DNA of 64,000 nucleotides from Octopus vulgaris (GCA_951406725.2 OX597831.1:77934001-77998000); one strand, 5' to 3'. Positions 41,897 through 57,190 are shown, counted from the first letter of the stretch. The notes: generated by a model from the letters alone, not told the origin. Translations and numbers: made by a program.

Positions 41897-42863
41897 AACT
41901 TGCTTTCTATATTATGTCCCCAAAAGTTTTTTTTAATCTCATTATACCTTTTACTATTTCATATATTTTTATATTTTCACACGTAATAATTTTTTCTGTA
42001 CTCTTCCATCCTGCATTTTTTCCTGTGTCTATATAGACGTGTATATAGATTCCTTTTGTACACGTGTGTGAATATGTATGAGTGGGCAGGTTTAGATGTG
42101 TGTGTGTGCGTGTGTGCGGGCATAAGAATGCATATATATATATAGACGTTTTTACTTAGTATTTTTACAATTTTTTCGGGTTTTTTGGAGGCGTATGTAT
42201 AATCCTTTTCTTGTATATGCGTGTGTGTGTATGCGTATATAAACATGTGCGGGTATGTACATATATGGGCGTGTGTGTGTATGCGTGCATAAGGGCATGT
42301 CCGAATATGAACGTGGTTTTTATGCTTTGTATACTTCCTTATGTTTTTTTCTGTATTGTTGTTTTTTTCTGTATTGTTACCTTTAACCATGTTTTTTCTT
42401 GTGCTTGTGCGTATATAGACATATGTATGAACTTTTACGGTACGCGTGTATGTGTATGGGTTTGTATATATATGCGTATACATTTGGCGAAAAATATGAG
42501 TGAAGATGTGTACGTTTTTATAGCGACGTATAAGTACGCACGTGGGTCCGCAAGCGCACATGTGAGCGTATGAGTAGCCATGTTTACGTGTTTACTATGA
42601 ACTTTTAATCTTTTTTTATATAAGTAGCGGAATTATAACACAGTAATTTCCCTTTATATAACGGTATTTTTTCATAGCGTTTTTCAGATGGCCACATAAC
42701 CGAAGAGATGGTGTTGTGAATTTCCACTTCGGCATCTGAAACTCAGAGTTTTATCTTAGCTATTGTATAATTGTCACATATTAATTTACAGATATATATA
42801 TGTTTGTGTGTGTGTATATATATATGTATATATATATATATATGTATGTATGTATGTATGTAT

Positions 42864-43020
42864 AGGCGAAGATGTGGAGTTATGATGGGAAATTTGCTTC
42901 CCAACCATATGGCCCTGTGTTCTGTTCCATTACGTGGCGCCTTGGGGAAATGCATTCTTCTATAACCTCGGGCCGACCAAAGCCTTGTGAGTGGTAGACG
43001 GAAACTGGAAAGAGCCCGTC

Positions 43021-43022
<2 letters not shown>
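42864..43022 (+). mobile_element. SINE family A, 5' half
   Basis: cctcgggccgaccaaagccttgtgagtgg...gacggaaactggaaagagcccgtcg. Confidence 0.8.
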
Positions 43023-43104
<82 letters not shown>

Positions 43105-43227
43105 TATGTATATATGTGTGTGTATGTATATATGTATGTAATACATCTGTTTGTTGTCAACACCACCTGTCCTCGTCTTTTGATTTTTTGTGAATTCTCC
43201 CCCTATATATGTGTGTATGCATGTATC

Positions 43228-43480
43228 ACGTGATTGACAAGACTATCGTGTGTTGTTATACATCAATGTTCACAATGTGCTATGCATCGTTTTAGCTTTC
43301 GAATGCTGCCAACCGGCTGGGTAGCGGACCAAGCCGACGTTCCTTCTAATTAGAGGCTACACCGTAGCAGGGTTAGCCATTTTGTAGCTAAATAAAGTTG
43401 CTCGCTCCGTGAATCGAACCCACAATCACAACGACTGATCATGAGTTGAAGGCCCTTAACCACTAGGCCACGCACCTTCG
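43228..43480 (-). mobile_element. SINE, family D-type tail, decayed
   Basis: cacgtgattgacaagactatc...cacaatgtgc...gttttagctttcgaatg matches the tail of the 5062 copy. Confidence 0.65.
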
Positions 43481-43542
43481 ATCACACACACACACGCGCG
43501 CACACACCCACACACACATGCACTACACTGATATATATATTC

Positions 43543-43951
43543 TTACTCTTTTTACTCTTTCACTTGTTTCATTCATTTGACTGTGGCCATGCTGGAGCAC
43601 CGCGTTTAGTCGACCAAATCGACCGCAGCACTTATTCTTTGTAAGCCTAGTACTTATTCTATCGTTCACTTTTACCGAACCGCTAGGCTACGGGGACGTA
43701 AACACACGAGCATCGGTTGTCGTGCGATGTTGGAGGGACTAACAGACACATCAATATACACACACACATACATACATATAAATATATACATACTTACGAC
43801 GGGCTTCTTTCAGTTTCCGTCTACCAAATCCACTCATAAGGCTTTGTTCGGCCCGAGGCTATAGTAGAAGACACTTGCCCATGGTGCCATGCAGTGGGAC
43901 TGAACCCGGAACTATGTGGTTGGTAAGCAAGCTACTTACCACACACCCACT
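43543..43951 (-). mobile_element. SINE family A, full length
   Basis: Complete tail, body and head. Confidence 0.92.
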
Positions 43952-43953
43952 AT

Positions 43954-44023
<70 letters not shown>

Positions 44024-44444
44024 CGATCGGTAAGCGCGTCCGTATGCTCAAAAATTTTGTCTAAATGTTTACACACATTCTTAAGCGACCGTCACACCAT
44101 CTTTTATCTCTGACCTATGATTCTGCTATAAATGAAATCCCGTGGTGTTGTTGACATTACCCAGAAATATTTCCGTTAACAAGATCTTAGAAGGTCTCTC
44201 ACTTTCAGAGGAGAGAGAGAGAGAGAGAGAGCTTTGTCATTTGAAAAGGTTTAAGGCGGATTCTTAGAAACTTCTTGATCAGGACTTCGGTCCTAATTCG
44301 AGGATAGCTTTTTATTTTATTTCATTGATTTAATATCAGCGTGAGCACGTGCAGGAGGAGGAGGCTGATATGGTGTTAGAATGTCCGATGGATTCTCTAT
44401 CCAAGCTTTTAACTTTATGTACACGCACGTGTAGTCAGACGCGT

Positions 44445-44518
<74 letters not shown>

Positions 44519-44821
44519 ATATCGTTGCTATTTAGTTAAACTGTCCTATGTCCACATTTGGCCAAATGCGGTTTTTGCAATATTTTGTTTTGCTTTGCTT
44601 GCAACAGTCGGTTTCCTTTGTTCAAACTGTCGTATCTCCAGCTGCTTCGGATGCCAAGATATCAAAAATTTTCAGTGTAGTGCAACGATATTCCTATGAA
44701 AGAGCGAAACTATTTTTTCGCTTTCTGAAAAAGCAATGCTCTGGGCTTACGACACTTTTTCATAATACCAACGATATACACACGTATAATATATACTCAT
44801 ACAAACACACACACACATATG

Positions 44822-44863
<42 letters not shown>

Positions 44864-44893
44864 CATTTATAAATATGTGTGTGTATGTGTATA

Positions 44894-44929
<36 letters not shown>

Positions 44930-44953
44930 TAGAGAGAGAGATAGAGAGAGAAG

Positions 44954-45250
44954 TGGAGGCGCAATGGCCCTGTGGTTAGGGCAGCGGACTCGCGATTGGA
45001 GGATTGCGGTTTTGATTTCCAGACTGGGCGTTGTGTGTGTTTATTGAGCGAAAACACCTGAAAGCTCCACGACGTTCCGGCAGGGGGTGGTGGTGACCCC
45101 TGTTGTACTCTTTCGTCACAACTTCCTCTCACTCTCTCTTCCTGTAACGCTGCGATGGACTGGCGTCCCGTCCAGCTGGGGGGAACACATACGCCACAGA
45201 AACCGGGAAACCGGGCCCATGAGCCTGCCTAGTCTTGAAAAGGGCGACGT
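44954..45250 (+). mobile_element. tRNA-derived SINE, family D
   Basis: tggaggcgcaatggccctgtggttagggcagcggactcgc head; tail gcgatggactggcgtcccgtccag...gaaaccgggcccatgagcctg. Confidence 0.85.
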
Positions 45251-45312
45251 TTATCCCTATATTCGACAATTACGTATTACGTATATATATATATATAATA
45301 CGTAATTGTCGA

Positions 45313-45360
<48 letters not shown>

Positions 45361-45376
45361 GTAATACGTAATTGTC

Positions 45377-45413
<37 letters not shown>

Positions 45414-45618
45414 ACGTAATTGACGAATGACGGGAACACTGCATTGGTGGATAAAATTATTTTGTTTGTGTATGAAGGCCACCATTGGCATTTTCATCCA
45501 AAAGGGAGACGAGATTCATTCCTCTATGCGATCAGCTTGAAAAATTGTTAAGATATGATATATTTACTTACGTGAAACCAATGGTAGCCTTAATAAACAA
45601 ATATCATATATGAAATAT

Positions 45619-45683
<65 letters not shown>

Positions 45684-46328
45684 ATGATATGTGTGAGTAG
45701 AGACAGAAAGAGAGCGAGAGAGAGAGAGAGAGATCAATAGATATGTATGATCGGCATATTTGCATATAATATTTAATTGTGTGTGTATGGAATATGCTGT
45801 GTCAAGGATTTCTTAGGACCTCATTAAAATTCCCACTACCACTGCTACCATCATCAGGTGCACCACCACCACCACCATAAACAGCAACCACAGTGTTTAC
45901 AGAGGGTTGTCACGCGGCGCCTCCGACCGATAGGGTTTTCCCCTTCAAACTGCAACCTAAACACTCATTTACCCCTATGCTTATCAACTTCGAACACATC
46001 CACGACTAAACAATAACGAAGACGCCACCTCGTCATCGCCATTGCTTTCTTCTTCTTCTTCTTCTTCTTCTTCTTCTTCTTCTTCTTCTTCTTCTTCTTC
46101 TTCTTCTTCTTCTTCTTCGTTCTTGTCGCCGTCTTCATTATCATCATCAACATCATCATTATCACCATCACTGTTGCTATATTCATCAGATTTGATAATA
46201 TATAATTAATTATAGCAAACAACATGATCTTCACTTGCAGCAGATGTCATCAACGACGCCATCACCATTATCTTCAAAAAGTGCATATTTTTCCTGTCTT
46301 TTCTCGTCGTCATCATCGTCATCAATGT

Positions 46329-46377
<49 letters not shown>

Positions 46378-46393
46378 GACTACTGAATAATAC

Positions 46394-46450
<57 letters not shown>

Positions 46451-47015
46451 GACAACTGAATAATAATAATAATAATAATATGTCGATAATTAACGTTAAC
46501 TCTGCTTCTGCTTGCTTCCTTTTGTTACATAAATTATATATGTAGGAACTCGCTAAAATTTAATTATGCTTCTAGCTGTAATAAACGTATATTTTCATAA
46601 TTCAAGGACGGCTCCTTCGGAAATACAAGCATACATACATCATATATACAACGAACATTCTGAAAACTAGAAATGAAAAGGCTAATTGGAGGACTACAGG
46701 TACCGATCATAAATAGAGCTGTTCAAGTTTATGAAACCTTTTCAAAAGTTTAGCATATAAATACATATGTACTTGCCTAGACATGTAATTATATGTGAGA
46801 GTTTACATTCATGAATCAGAACATAGAGGTCTTCATATGCGCTGACTCTAAAGAGCTGCACATACATGCAAAACTTCCCGGTTGACGTTTTTGAAATTCC
46901 GATGTAAGGGGTAAGAATATAGATTACAAACCGGATCTACCTCCATTTCGCAAGATACGTACGATGGGGTACTGGAAAACTCCTGGCTTTAAGGGTATCG
47001 CGAAAACTGACGGAC

Positions 47016-47441
47016 CTATTTCTTTACTGCCCACAAGGGGCTACACACAGAGGGGACAAACAAGGACAGACAAACGGATTAAGTCGATTTTATCGACCCC
47101 AGTGCGTAACTGGCAGAATCGTTAGCGCGCCGGGCGAAATGCTTAGCGGTATTTCGTCTGCCGCTACGTTCTGAGTTCAAATTCCGCCGAGGTCGACTTT
47201 GCCTTTCATCCTTTCGGGGTCGATAAATAAAGTACCAATTTCGCACTGGGGTCGATGTAATCTACCGTTTGTCTGTCCTTGTTTGTCCTCTCTGTGTTTA
47301 GCCCCTTGTGGGTAGTAAAGAAATAGGTACTTTTTTAATCAACCCCGAAAGAATGATGGGCAAAGTCGACCTCGGTGGAATTTGAACTCAGAACGTAACG
47401 GCAGACGAAATACCGGGTGTGCTAACGTTTCTGCCAGCTCG
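47016..47441. mobile_element. SINE B (+, about 47110-47328) nested inside an oppositely oriented SINE B (-)
   Basis: The minus copy is split at aactgg|tactt and resumes after the plus copy. Confidence 0.85.
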
Positions 47442-47958
47442 CAAGGACCGCTGCAACAAATGAGTGAATCTGAGGGGGTAAGATGTGGAATACAATCATA
47501 ATTCACTAATGCTCAGGTATTTTCTTTTGTCCAAAGCTAAGAGCTTTTCTGCCCACGCTCATAGACATAGAACGAAATAATGCCATCGATACATGAATAC
47601 ATGAATACAAAATACATAAATGCAAAAACACATATAATTATATGTAGGTATGCAGGTAAGCTGTCTTAAATCTCTATTCTTCATCACCTTGATGACCAAC
47701 ATTACATCCGGCCACGCTTAAACGCATACTCACAGCCATACACACACGCACATGTATGTATGTATATGTAGTTGTGAATAAGTAACATTTTTTTCTGTCC
47801 CTTTGTCTATCAGCCTCTATTTTTTACACTCACATACACAGACAGACACACACTCACACACAAACAAACAAACCAACATACAATTAGTATATATATGAAA
47901 TTTAGATACATACATATATATGTGTATGTATGTATGTAAGCATGTATATAGATATATG

Positions 47959-48011
<53 letters not shown>

Positions 48012-48134
48012 GTATGTATCAACGTGTGTATGTATTTCTGTATTATGTTATACGTAATGTGTGTGTTTATGGATTTATTAATATTTTCTGTATAATTAGA
48101 GCTACTATATAAAAAGTGTAAATTTCTTAAGTAT

Positions 48135-48154
48135 ATGATAATATTAACCTTAAG

Positions 48155-48221
<67 letters not shown>

Positions 48222-48236
48222 GTGATAATAATAATG

Positions 48237-48281
<45 letters not shown>

Positions 48282-48299
48282 TTAATGATAATGATGATG

Positions 48300-48365
<66 letters not shown>

Positions 48366-48624
48366 TAATGGTATTATTAACAATTATAAGAATAATCGTA
48401 AGAGTAATTAAAGTCACTAATAATGAAGATAATGATATTGATAAAGATAATAAAATGGCCCTTTCTGAATTTGACACAAGGCCAGCAACCTTACTAATAA
48501 TAGCGATTTTTTTTATACAATGTGCTAATATTAAAGTAACGTGCATTGACGACGACGAATAATAATAATAATAATTCTAATAATGGTGGTGATGATGATA
48601 ATGATATTATTAATAATAATAATA

Positions 48625-48675
<51 letters not shown>
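48135..48675. repeat. (AAT)n/(GAT)n arrays
   Basis: Direct inspection. Confidence 0.9.
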
Positions 48676-49468
48676 GTTAAATGTAATTTTAATCATCGAC
48701 TTTGTATGCATAAGACGCTTGCTATTTCGTTATTTATATTTTTTTTTATTCTAGAAGGATGGAGGGCTGATCCCGGCTGGGCCTAACCGAGCGTATGCAA
48801 CCATTCCAATGGTATAGTTCGGAGTTTCATGTATAACAAATAATATATATGTATATATATATACATGTCTATATATGTATACATTCATACACATACATGC
48901 ATAAACGTTCTTTGCATTTTAATATGTGTATGTATAAGTAAATATATATAGATATATGTATATGTATACATATACATATATGTGCGTATGTATATATTTG
49001 TGTGTTTTAGAGTAGATTTAAAAGTATACTCTTTTTTGTTTCGTTTTTCGTTTTGTGTTTTGCTCGTTTGTTGTATGTGGAGTTTGTGTGTGTGTATTTA
49101 AAAATCTGCAACTACCGCCACGTACCATAACCAACACCACCACTAACAATATCACTGAAATGTCACAAATACACTTAAATATTTTCTAGCACATTTATTC
49201 CTTAGTTACAAGCATTTCGACACTAGTACATAGTACATATAATATATACATTAATATATATATACATATAATATATATATACATATATATATATATGTAA
49301 AGAATTTTTTAGAGTTAGAACATATTACAAGTTATTTACGTATATCTCATTAGACAAATTTCAAATCGAAATAGAATTTACACTTGGAAATGATATATAT
49401 GGCATTTGTATTTTCAGGAGGAGCTGTTTATGTATATATACTTACATACATAGACATATGTGTGTATA

Positions 49469-49527
<59 letters not shown>

Positions 49528-49548
49528 TTATGTATGTATGTATGTATG

Positions 49549-49586
<38 letters not shown>

Positions 49587-49603
49587 TATATATATATACA
49601 TAC

Positions 49604-49634
<31 letters not shown>

Positions 49635-49783
49635 AATTTATATAGACATTAATGGAGAGAATGGTAGTTTGTTATGTTACTATCTGTTAATACAACAAAA
49701 CCTAAATACCACCGACTCATTGTTACAGACTTGCTATACTTGCTGTTTCCTTACAGCATGGCCAGATGTTATGACTTTCGTTT

Positions 49784-49839
<56 letters not shown>

Positions 49840-49995
49840 CACATACATATTTATTTATATACTTAATTTTTCTAGATTATATTTTACCAAAACACAATGT
49901 GGCACCATTTCGAAACATAAGTCTTAGACTAGATATTTCCGTGAAAATAGACATCTTATGTAATTATTTGGCCATTACGCTTTAAACATGCTGTA

Positions 49996-50055
<60 letters not shown>

Positions 50056-50115
50056 TTGTATGTGTATATATATATATATATATTATATATATATATATAT
50101 GCATATATATATATG

Positions 50116-50209
<94 letters not shown>

Positions 50210-50980
50210 AATATATACACATTTACATATATACACATATAATATATACATATACATACAAGTACACATGCACATATCTAACGCTTTAGCAGTGATCTGG
50301 CTTCATGCTATAACGTTCTATGGGATATATCTATAGATTTCAGCCAACACACTGCCTGTCCAGTTAGACCTCATTACATAATTTTACCCAAATGTAAACT
50401 CTAAATTTCTTACTTAAAACTCTTTGATAGCAATCCACCCATGACCAACTCCCCGTTATATGATAGCATAAGCCTTCTGCTTTAAAGTGACGACAGAATT
50501 ATTTTACTATATATGTTATTATTTTCGATATTGAAATATAAAAGGTGTATTTCAATAAAAAATCTGAAAACAATATGGCTAACCCCTCACCCTGCATTTC
50601 GTCTCGTTTCACTTCATATGTGTGTTAATCTGGTGCATCCACACATACATTTATTCTTATATACATACATAAGTTCATGTAAATGTGTATGTATATATAC
50701 ACGTATACGGGGTTCCCTGGTGGCTTGTTGGTGTAAGGGAGATAATCAATGCTACATAACATTTGGATGGATTAGGAATTTGAAGTTTAAAATCGACGAA
50801 CAAGAGACAAGCTGCATAGAAAGTACATATTTATTTATTTATTTGCATATTACGAAGATCCTAAAGTTTGAATTCTTTGGTAATCATGCACAGCGCTATT
50901 TCGTTCTTATTGGAAAGAGTCAGCATAACACAAGTAGTGTTATTTAAATGAAGCTGCACACACACACACACACACACACA

Positions 50981-51027
<47 letters not shown>

Positions 51028-53120
51028 ATTCATACCCATTATTGGCCAAAAAAATTCGTGGTTCAACGAAGCACTCGAAACAAATGTTATATTAGTTAAA
51101 GTTCTCCCTGCTGGGGTCCCCCTAACGCATTTTGCTATTAAACACACACACATTAATTTAGCCTTTTGCTAGGCGATCAATTAACCCAAATTATCATATA
51201 ACTTGTCGTGGTGGTCTTGGCATTAGATTATAATCAATTAACTTAATTAAACTGCATTATCGATGTAATTATATTGATAAACTTGTTAACGATGTTGGTA
51301 GTGGTGGAGGAGGTGTTGCTTTTGTTGTTGTTGTTGTTGTTGTTGCTCTTGTACACGTGTTGTAGTTGTTCTTCGTTGTTTGTTGTTTATATTGGCCGTG
51401 CTTTTGCTGATAATGGTGCTAGTCGTACTGAGAAAGCTGTTGTTAATGTGCTATTGTTGTTGTTGTTGTTGTTGTTGTTGGTGTGGTTTTGTGTGTCAGT
51501 TGTGTTAGTTTTGGTGGTGGTGGTATTTACGAGGGTAATGTTCGTGATGGCGTTGCTGTTGTGTTTAATGGCGTTGGTGTCGTTGGTGATGGCATTGCTG
51601 TTTTTAATGGTGGCATTTTTTTAATGTTGGTGATGGTGCTTTCATTGTTTTTGTTTTCTTTTTGTGTTGTTGGTGATGGTGCTTTTCATTATTTTGTTCT
51701 TGGTGTTGTATTGTGCTGGTTGTGCTAACCATTTTTTTGCAGAGATTGTTCAAGCAAGATGGGAGAACCGTACTTCTGGTAATAGTAAATGTGGTATAAT
51801 TATTAGTGGTAGTTTATAAGATGTACGGTAGTAGTAGTATTGTATTGATAACATTGGGTGTTTGCTTGTTTTGTTAATTGATTGGTTGGTTGATTCACGT
51901 GGTATTAGTTACGATACTTCATGTGAAAATCATGCTTTTCTGGCCTTATTTGTTATGGTGCGGCCACTCAGGTAGGCGTAAGTTGTGTGGACGCTGACGA
52001 CTTGGCGAGACTGTTTGAAAATGCAGCCTGTTTTGGCTACCGAAGATTTTGGCTTTGAAAGGAAACACATTCGCGCACGCGAGTGACAAGAAATGTAGAC
52101 ATGCAGATAGATTGAGAGAGAGAGAGAAGCGAGAGACATTTTAATTTAGTAATCGAACACGATTGGTATAAATACTGTCCACATCTTCATATATACTAGG
52201 GAATATATTCACAAACATAGCAAAATAGAGAGAGGGGAGGGAGAGAGGGATGAGAAAGAGAGGGGAAGGAGAGAGAGAGAGAGAGAGAGAGGGTGATTAC
52301 AATGTATTGACTACGATTGGAATATATTTTGTTCTCTTCTCATACATATGAGAAATATGGAAAGAAAGGTAGAGAGCATTGCAAAAACAAGAGAGAGAAA
52401 TTCAAACAAGAGAAACGTTATTACAGTTGATGTCAAATAAATTAGCGCCAAACCAGCGTCACAAAATAAGGTGGCGACAGTGTGGCTGCGCCAAAATGTT
52501 TCAAACGTTTGTAGGTGTTGATGTCGTTGTTGTTAGTGAAAGTAGTGGTCCTGCTGCTGCTTCAAATTCGATTTCAGGCGAAGATATTTTTTGATGACAA
52601 GAAGGAAAATATTTGAGGCTTTCCCTACAATGCCTGGGACAAACATTACAATGTAAAACAAAGGTAAAATATACCAACATATGAGTGTATCATATTAGGT
52701 AACACGCATGATCGAGAGTAAATTTCATTGATGTATAATATGTACATTTATGATATGGCATTGTGCAGCATGGCTTGCATGACCGTTTTCGGTGCATACC
52801 GTATCGTAACATGTTGCATGATTTGAATTAATTTTGCACCACAACCGTATAATAAATGCCATTTGATGTTTGACTTGTCTGTGAATTTTGCGCATTTCTA
52901 AGAACATGGTGAAGAATATTTTGGAAATTGTTTAGAATATCGGATGTGATATATTTTGAAAATTACTCGCATACATATATACATGTACGTATATGTTGTA
53001 TTAAATGCGCATATGTATATGTTTGTATGTATGTATATGTATATATATATATATATACATACATACATATATGTATGTATACATGTATGTATACATGTAT
53101 GTATATATGTATATATATAT

Positions 53121-53200
<80 letters not shown>

Positions 53201-55038
53201 GAGATAAGAATGTCTATATGATATACACTTATGCACACATATACATCGGCGTATATTCATAACTATCTATGTGGATATTTCAATGAAAGTTGGTTTTATA
53301 TGTAGGCAGTAGTGGATGTATATTATTTTGATATGAGTTTAACCAATTGCTTTCCTGCATGTGAGTGTTCATACTTTTGGGAAACCCGTTAATGTTGTTG
53401 TTCACTACGCAGAATGATAGTCGATTCTATTGTGTGATAGTGAAGACCACAATAATGTAGTTAATTCAATAGTAATTTCATAGTATTTTGAATGATATTA
53501 AATAATGGCAGACATGTTTGGTTGTGTAACATGTAGACTCTGTTTGAATGGAAACATTTCTTGTTCAGCTAAATCTATTATTCATCGCTGCTGTGTTGCT
53601 GTTTAGCCCCAGGGCAGTACGTTACTATAGACCAATAAGCATAGTATCCCTATGATCGATATCATTACTGACTTGACCACCCTTCTTGAAGGGGAGTCTG
53701 TTGAGAGAGGTTATTTCATGCTATCTTTCTCACTGAAGACGGTAGAGCGATGGGTGAGGCAGATTTGGCTGTTTTTATCTCAAGTAAATTGAACAGCACA
53801 TTGGAGCATTGTTAGTTGATGAAATAAGGTATGTTTAACAGGAGAAAAGCATTCGCTGTCAAATGTTAAAACTTAATGAATCAAATGAAAAGCAAAATGG
53901 AAGAATTGTCGAATGAAAACTGTGTAAGTAATAATTGCCAAATATTCCTAGTAATCGGTTGCTTGATAGCAGTTAAAAACAAGCTATCCAAAATAACAGC
54001 ATTTATGTCAATACCAGGCCGATCGTTCCCTAGGATATAAGAAGGACGGTGAAAAAATCCCTGTCAGTTTTCCCAAAATGTTATAGAGGGAATGTGAAGG
54101 GTGAATGCACAAAAAAGGATGTATGTTAAGTTCGGCAGTGATAAAAACAAATAGATTACAAACTTGTAACAATTACATACAGCGCGCGGAGTGTACTGGC
54201 AAGCTACGGGTATGAAGGTGTCCGATTACCAATCGGTTAATTCATTATATGCTCAGGCTTTTCGGTTTCGTTCATCGAAACCTCCGCTGTCGATACACCA
54301 TGGAACTGAGTGAGATAATAGTGCACGGATTTCACAGCAAATTTTAGTTTAGTTTTCTATACTCTCGTTATCAATCTGACTCTTCGCTTTGAATTTTAAC
54401 TACAGAGGTAAAATATAAATAAAATATAAATAAAATATAAATATTTATCTAAAAAGGTGTGCAAGGGCTGCGCTCAAAGAGTTGTATTACTGTGTGAGAA
54501 GCGTTGACTAAATGCCCGGATAAAGAATAACACGTAAAATGGCGTTTTGTAGTGAAAGAGCAATAAGGTTTAATATACCCATCCGTAACACCTCTTCACT
54601 CTCCCTCTTTCACAATCTCAAATGGCCAAATGAAACATGTTTCTGCTCATCAGACCATGTAGGGAAACTCACGATGATTAAGAACTATTGAACAGAAAAT
54701 GTTCAACGTCACCCGCGGATTTGAAAGCTTCTCAGGTTCTTTTGATGATGGCATCGCAGAGATGATGATCCAAACCACTGTGAATTTATGAAATTAGTGA
54801 CATAAATAAGCAAGATTTTTTTTGCCGAGGCTTAAGCAATTCCATCTGCTCACTGTCCCTGATGGAGAGTAAAGATGAAATTGGTGGGATTTGAACTTAA
54901 CACGCAGACATCTGGAATAAATACTGCATACGATTCTATTGAACACAAAACGATACTGTTAATTCAACGCTTTCAACCAAATCATAATTTTGCATAAGCT
55001 ATACCCAACAACACACACATTGACGGTATTTATTTATT

Positions 55039-55133
<95 letters not shown>

Positions 55134-55136
55134 ATG

Positions 55137-55218
<82 letters not shown>

Positions 55219-56178
55219 TATACGTGTGTGTATTATGCAAACATGTCGCACAACATGCAGAACTCGGCGTTACCCGCAAACTACAGGTGTGATATTATCC
55301 CATTTCTAAATGATAATCGGATAACTTCATACACATGGCTTGCCAAGAAACTCCGAGTACTGTATGTGAGCATTCCAAGTTGGGAGAATGTGATTATGCT
55401 AATTGTTGTTGCATTTCATTTTTGGAGTATATATCATCCGTTTAGATTTTGCTACATTAATGAATGGCTTATGTTGCCAACACACGTCGTCTAAAAGTAG
55501 GAAATTTTCTTCAGTCACAAAACCCAATAGCTATCAGCATATTCATGTTCAAAATCTACCAAGTACGTGTTTAGGATACAATACTTATTTTTTGCATAGA
55601 TCCTCGCTGTTTTGCGTGCCTTATGTAAACAAGAGAAACACGTAACTCTTTAATGTCTTTTTGAACCAAATGCACACCAAGGACACACAATCCAGTAACC
55701 TAGTTTGCGGTGTGGTACTGACGATTCAGTTTGTTTTGGCGACAATACTTTTAGGTATTGGAAGTAAACTCCCACGTGCGCAGAAATATACCTATACAGT
55801 TAGAAAGAGTGAGAGAGAAGAGAATAAAAGAAAGTGAATGGAGAAAAAAAACATAATTTATTAATTGAATGCCATTGACAGCTCACTTTACTTCTCGTAC
55901 ACATAAAGAGAAATATGCACCCAACCACTCACATAAACAGAGCATAAGACAGAGAGAGTGGAGAGAGAACGAAAGAAACATTAAAATGAAGCAATAGAGC
56001 GTCTCAGGTCAAATAAGTCAGCGCCGAATCAGCGACACCAAATAGGCGGCGTCAAAACGACTTTGGCAAAACTTCTTATGCCCATCAGTTCGTATGTCGT
56101 ATTATGTAGGCCTATATATGTTTAGTGTAATGTGTTTCTTTCTTTTTCTGTGAAATTTATCCAAGTTTTTCTTCGCAG

Positions 56179-56239
56179 AAATTCACGCCAGTTGCCCTGT
56201 ATTTAACGTGACAAGGCAGTTTTTGTTTGTCAGGGGTGT
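56179..56239 (+). CDS. Candidate internal exon (61 nt, phase 1 to phase 2)
   Basis: Pyrimidine tract plus cttcgcag acceptor and gtgagt donor; single open frame xIHASCPVFNVTRQFLFVRG with an NVT sequon. Confidence 0.5.
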
Positions 56240-57190
56240 GTGAGTACTTCCAGAGTTTTGTGAATGACTTACTGAGTGTATATGTAGGATTAGGTGTGGA
56301 TATCTTTGAGCTTATATACAAAATGTAAGTCTATTATATGCGTGTATGTGTGTGATTGGTCACTATGTATGTATATATGTATGTATGTATGTACGTGTGT
56401 TTATGCATGCTTTAACAATATTTTGTGGCCAATTGCTTCTTTGTGCTGCGGTTATTGTATTTTCTCGTTACATTTATGTGTTGTGTTATGTTTACATATA
56501 TAATATTTTTCTTTATTCATATTCAGTTTTATATTTCTTTATTTTTAAATGTTACCCTTCAAAGCAAGTGCTGATATTGTTGTTGTTGCTATTGTCGTTG
56601 TTTAACTCCAGGTCGTTCTTAATAACGCAGACAACCCTATGACGAAAGATCGTTCCGATCACGTCAACCCACCTATCATTTTTTCCTCCCCAAAAATAGT
56701 TCGTACTATATCATTTATTGTGTGCCTTTTAAAAATATTATGGTGTGGCTTGAATGAAGTTTGGCTGTTATTTCTAGCGGGCTGTGCTGCCACGTAGAAG
56801 TACCCATGCTGGAGTACCTTCCAACTAACTCAAGTTGAATTGGAGACAGAGAATTTAAAACTTTTTTGACAAAAATATATACACCTGGGATATTGCATTA
56901 TGTGCATATACACGCAATAATTTACTGCTCATGTTGTTAGGATGAACACAAAACTTCTCTAATCAGTGACAGTTAAATATAATTTAATGAATAAAGGAAT
57001 TAAACGTGAACCACTTCAAGTTTCTCGCTAGAGAAGTGCAGTATTCGGATGAGCTTATTTGAGCCTGAACGATTTTAGCGTTATAAGTCTATGCGAGATG
57101 CTTTACCGAGACAAATATCGCAGTTGTCTGACCTTTTACAATATATCAATGAACAAGAGGCTATTTTGAATACTGCTTCCGTTGCCAATC

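Noticed and set aside
44608-44699. Cys-rich frame GFLCSNCRISSCFGCQ after a possible acceptor
   Set aside because: No credible donor and no recognisable family
48755-48811. Apparent exon KDGGLIPAGPNRAYATIPM after a T-rich acceptor
   Set aside because: Aligns with a decayed minus-strand SINE B (aaggatgaaaggc...gacctcggc...gaacgta); weak donor
49418-49431. 14-nt micro-exon candidate after ttttcag
   Set aside because: The donor gtatat is just the start of a microsatellite; joining it to the downstream candidate creates a stop
52435-56075. Two similar gcgcca/gcgac-rich motifs (52440-52505 and 56010-56075) as MULE-like ends
   Set aside because: Same orientation, too degenerate, no TSD or recognisable transposase between them
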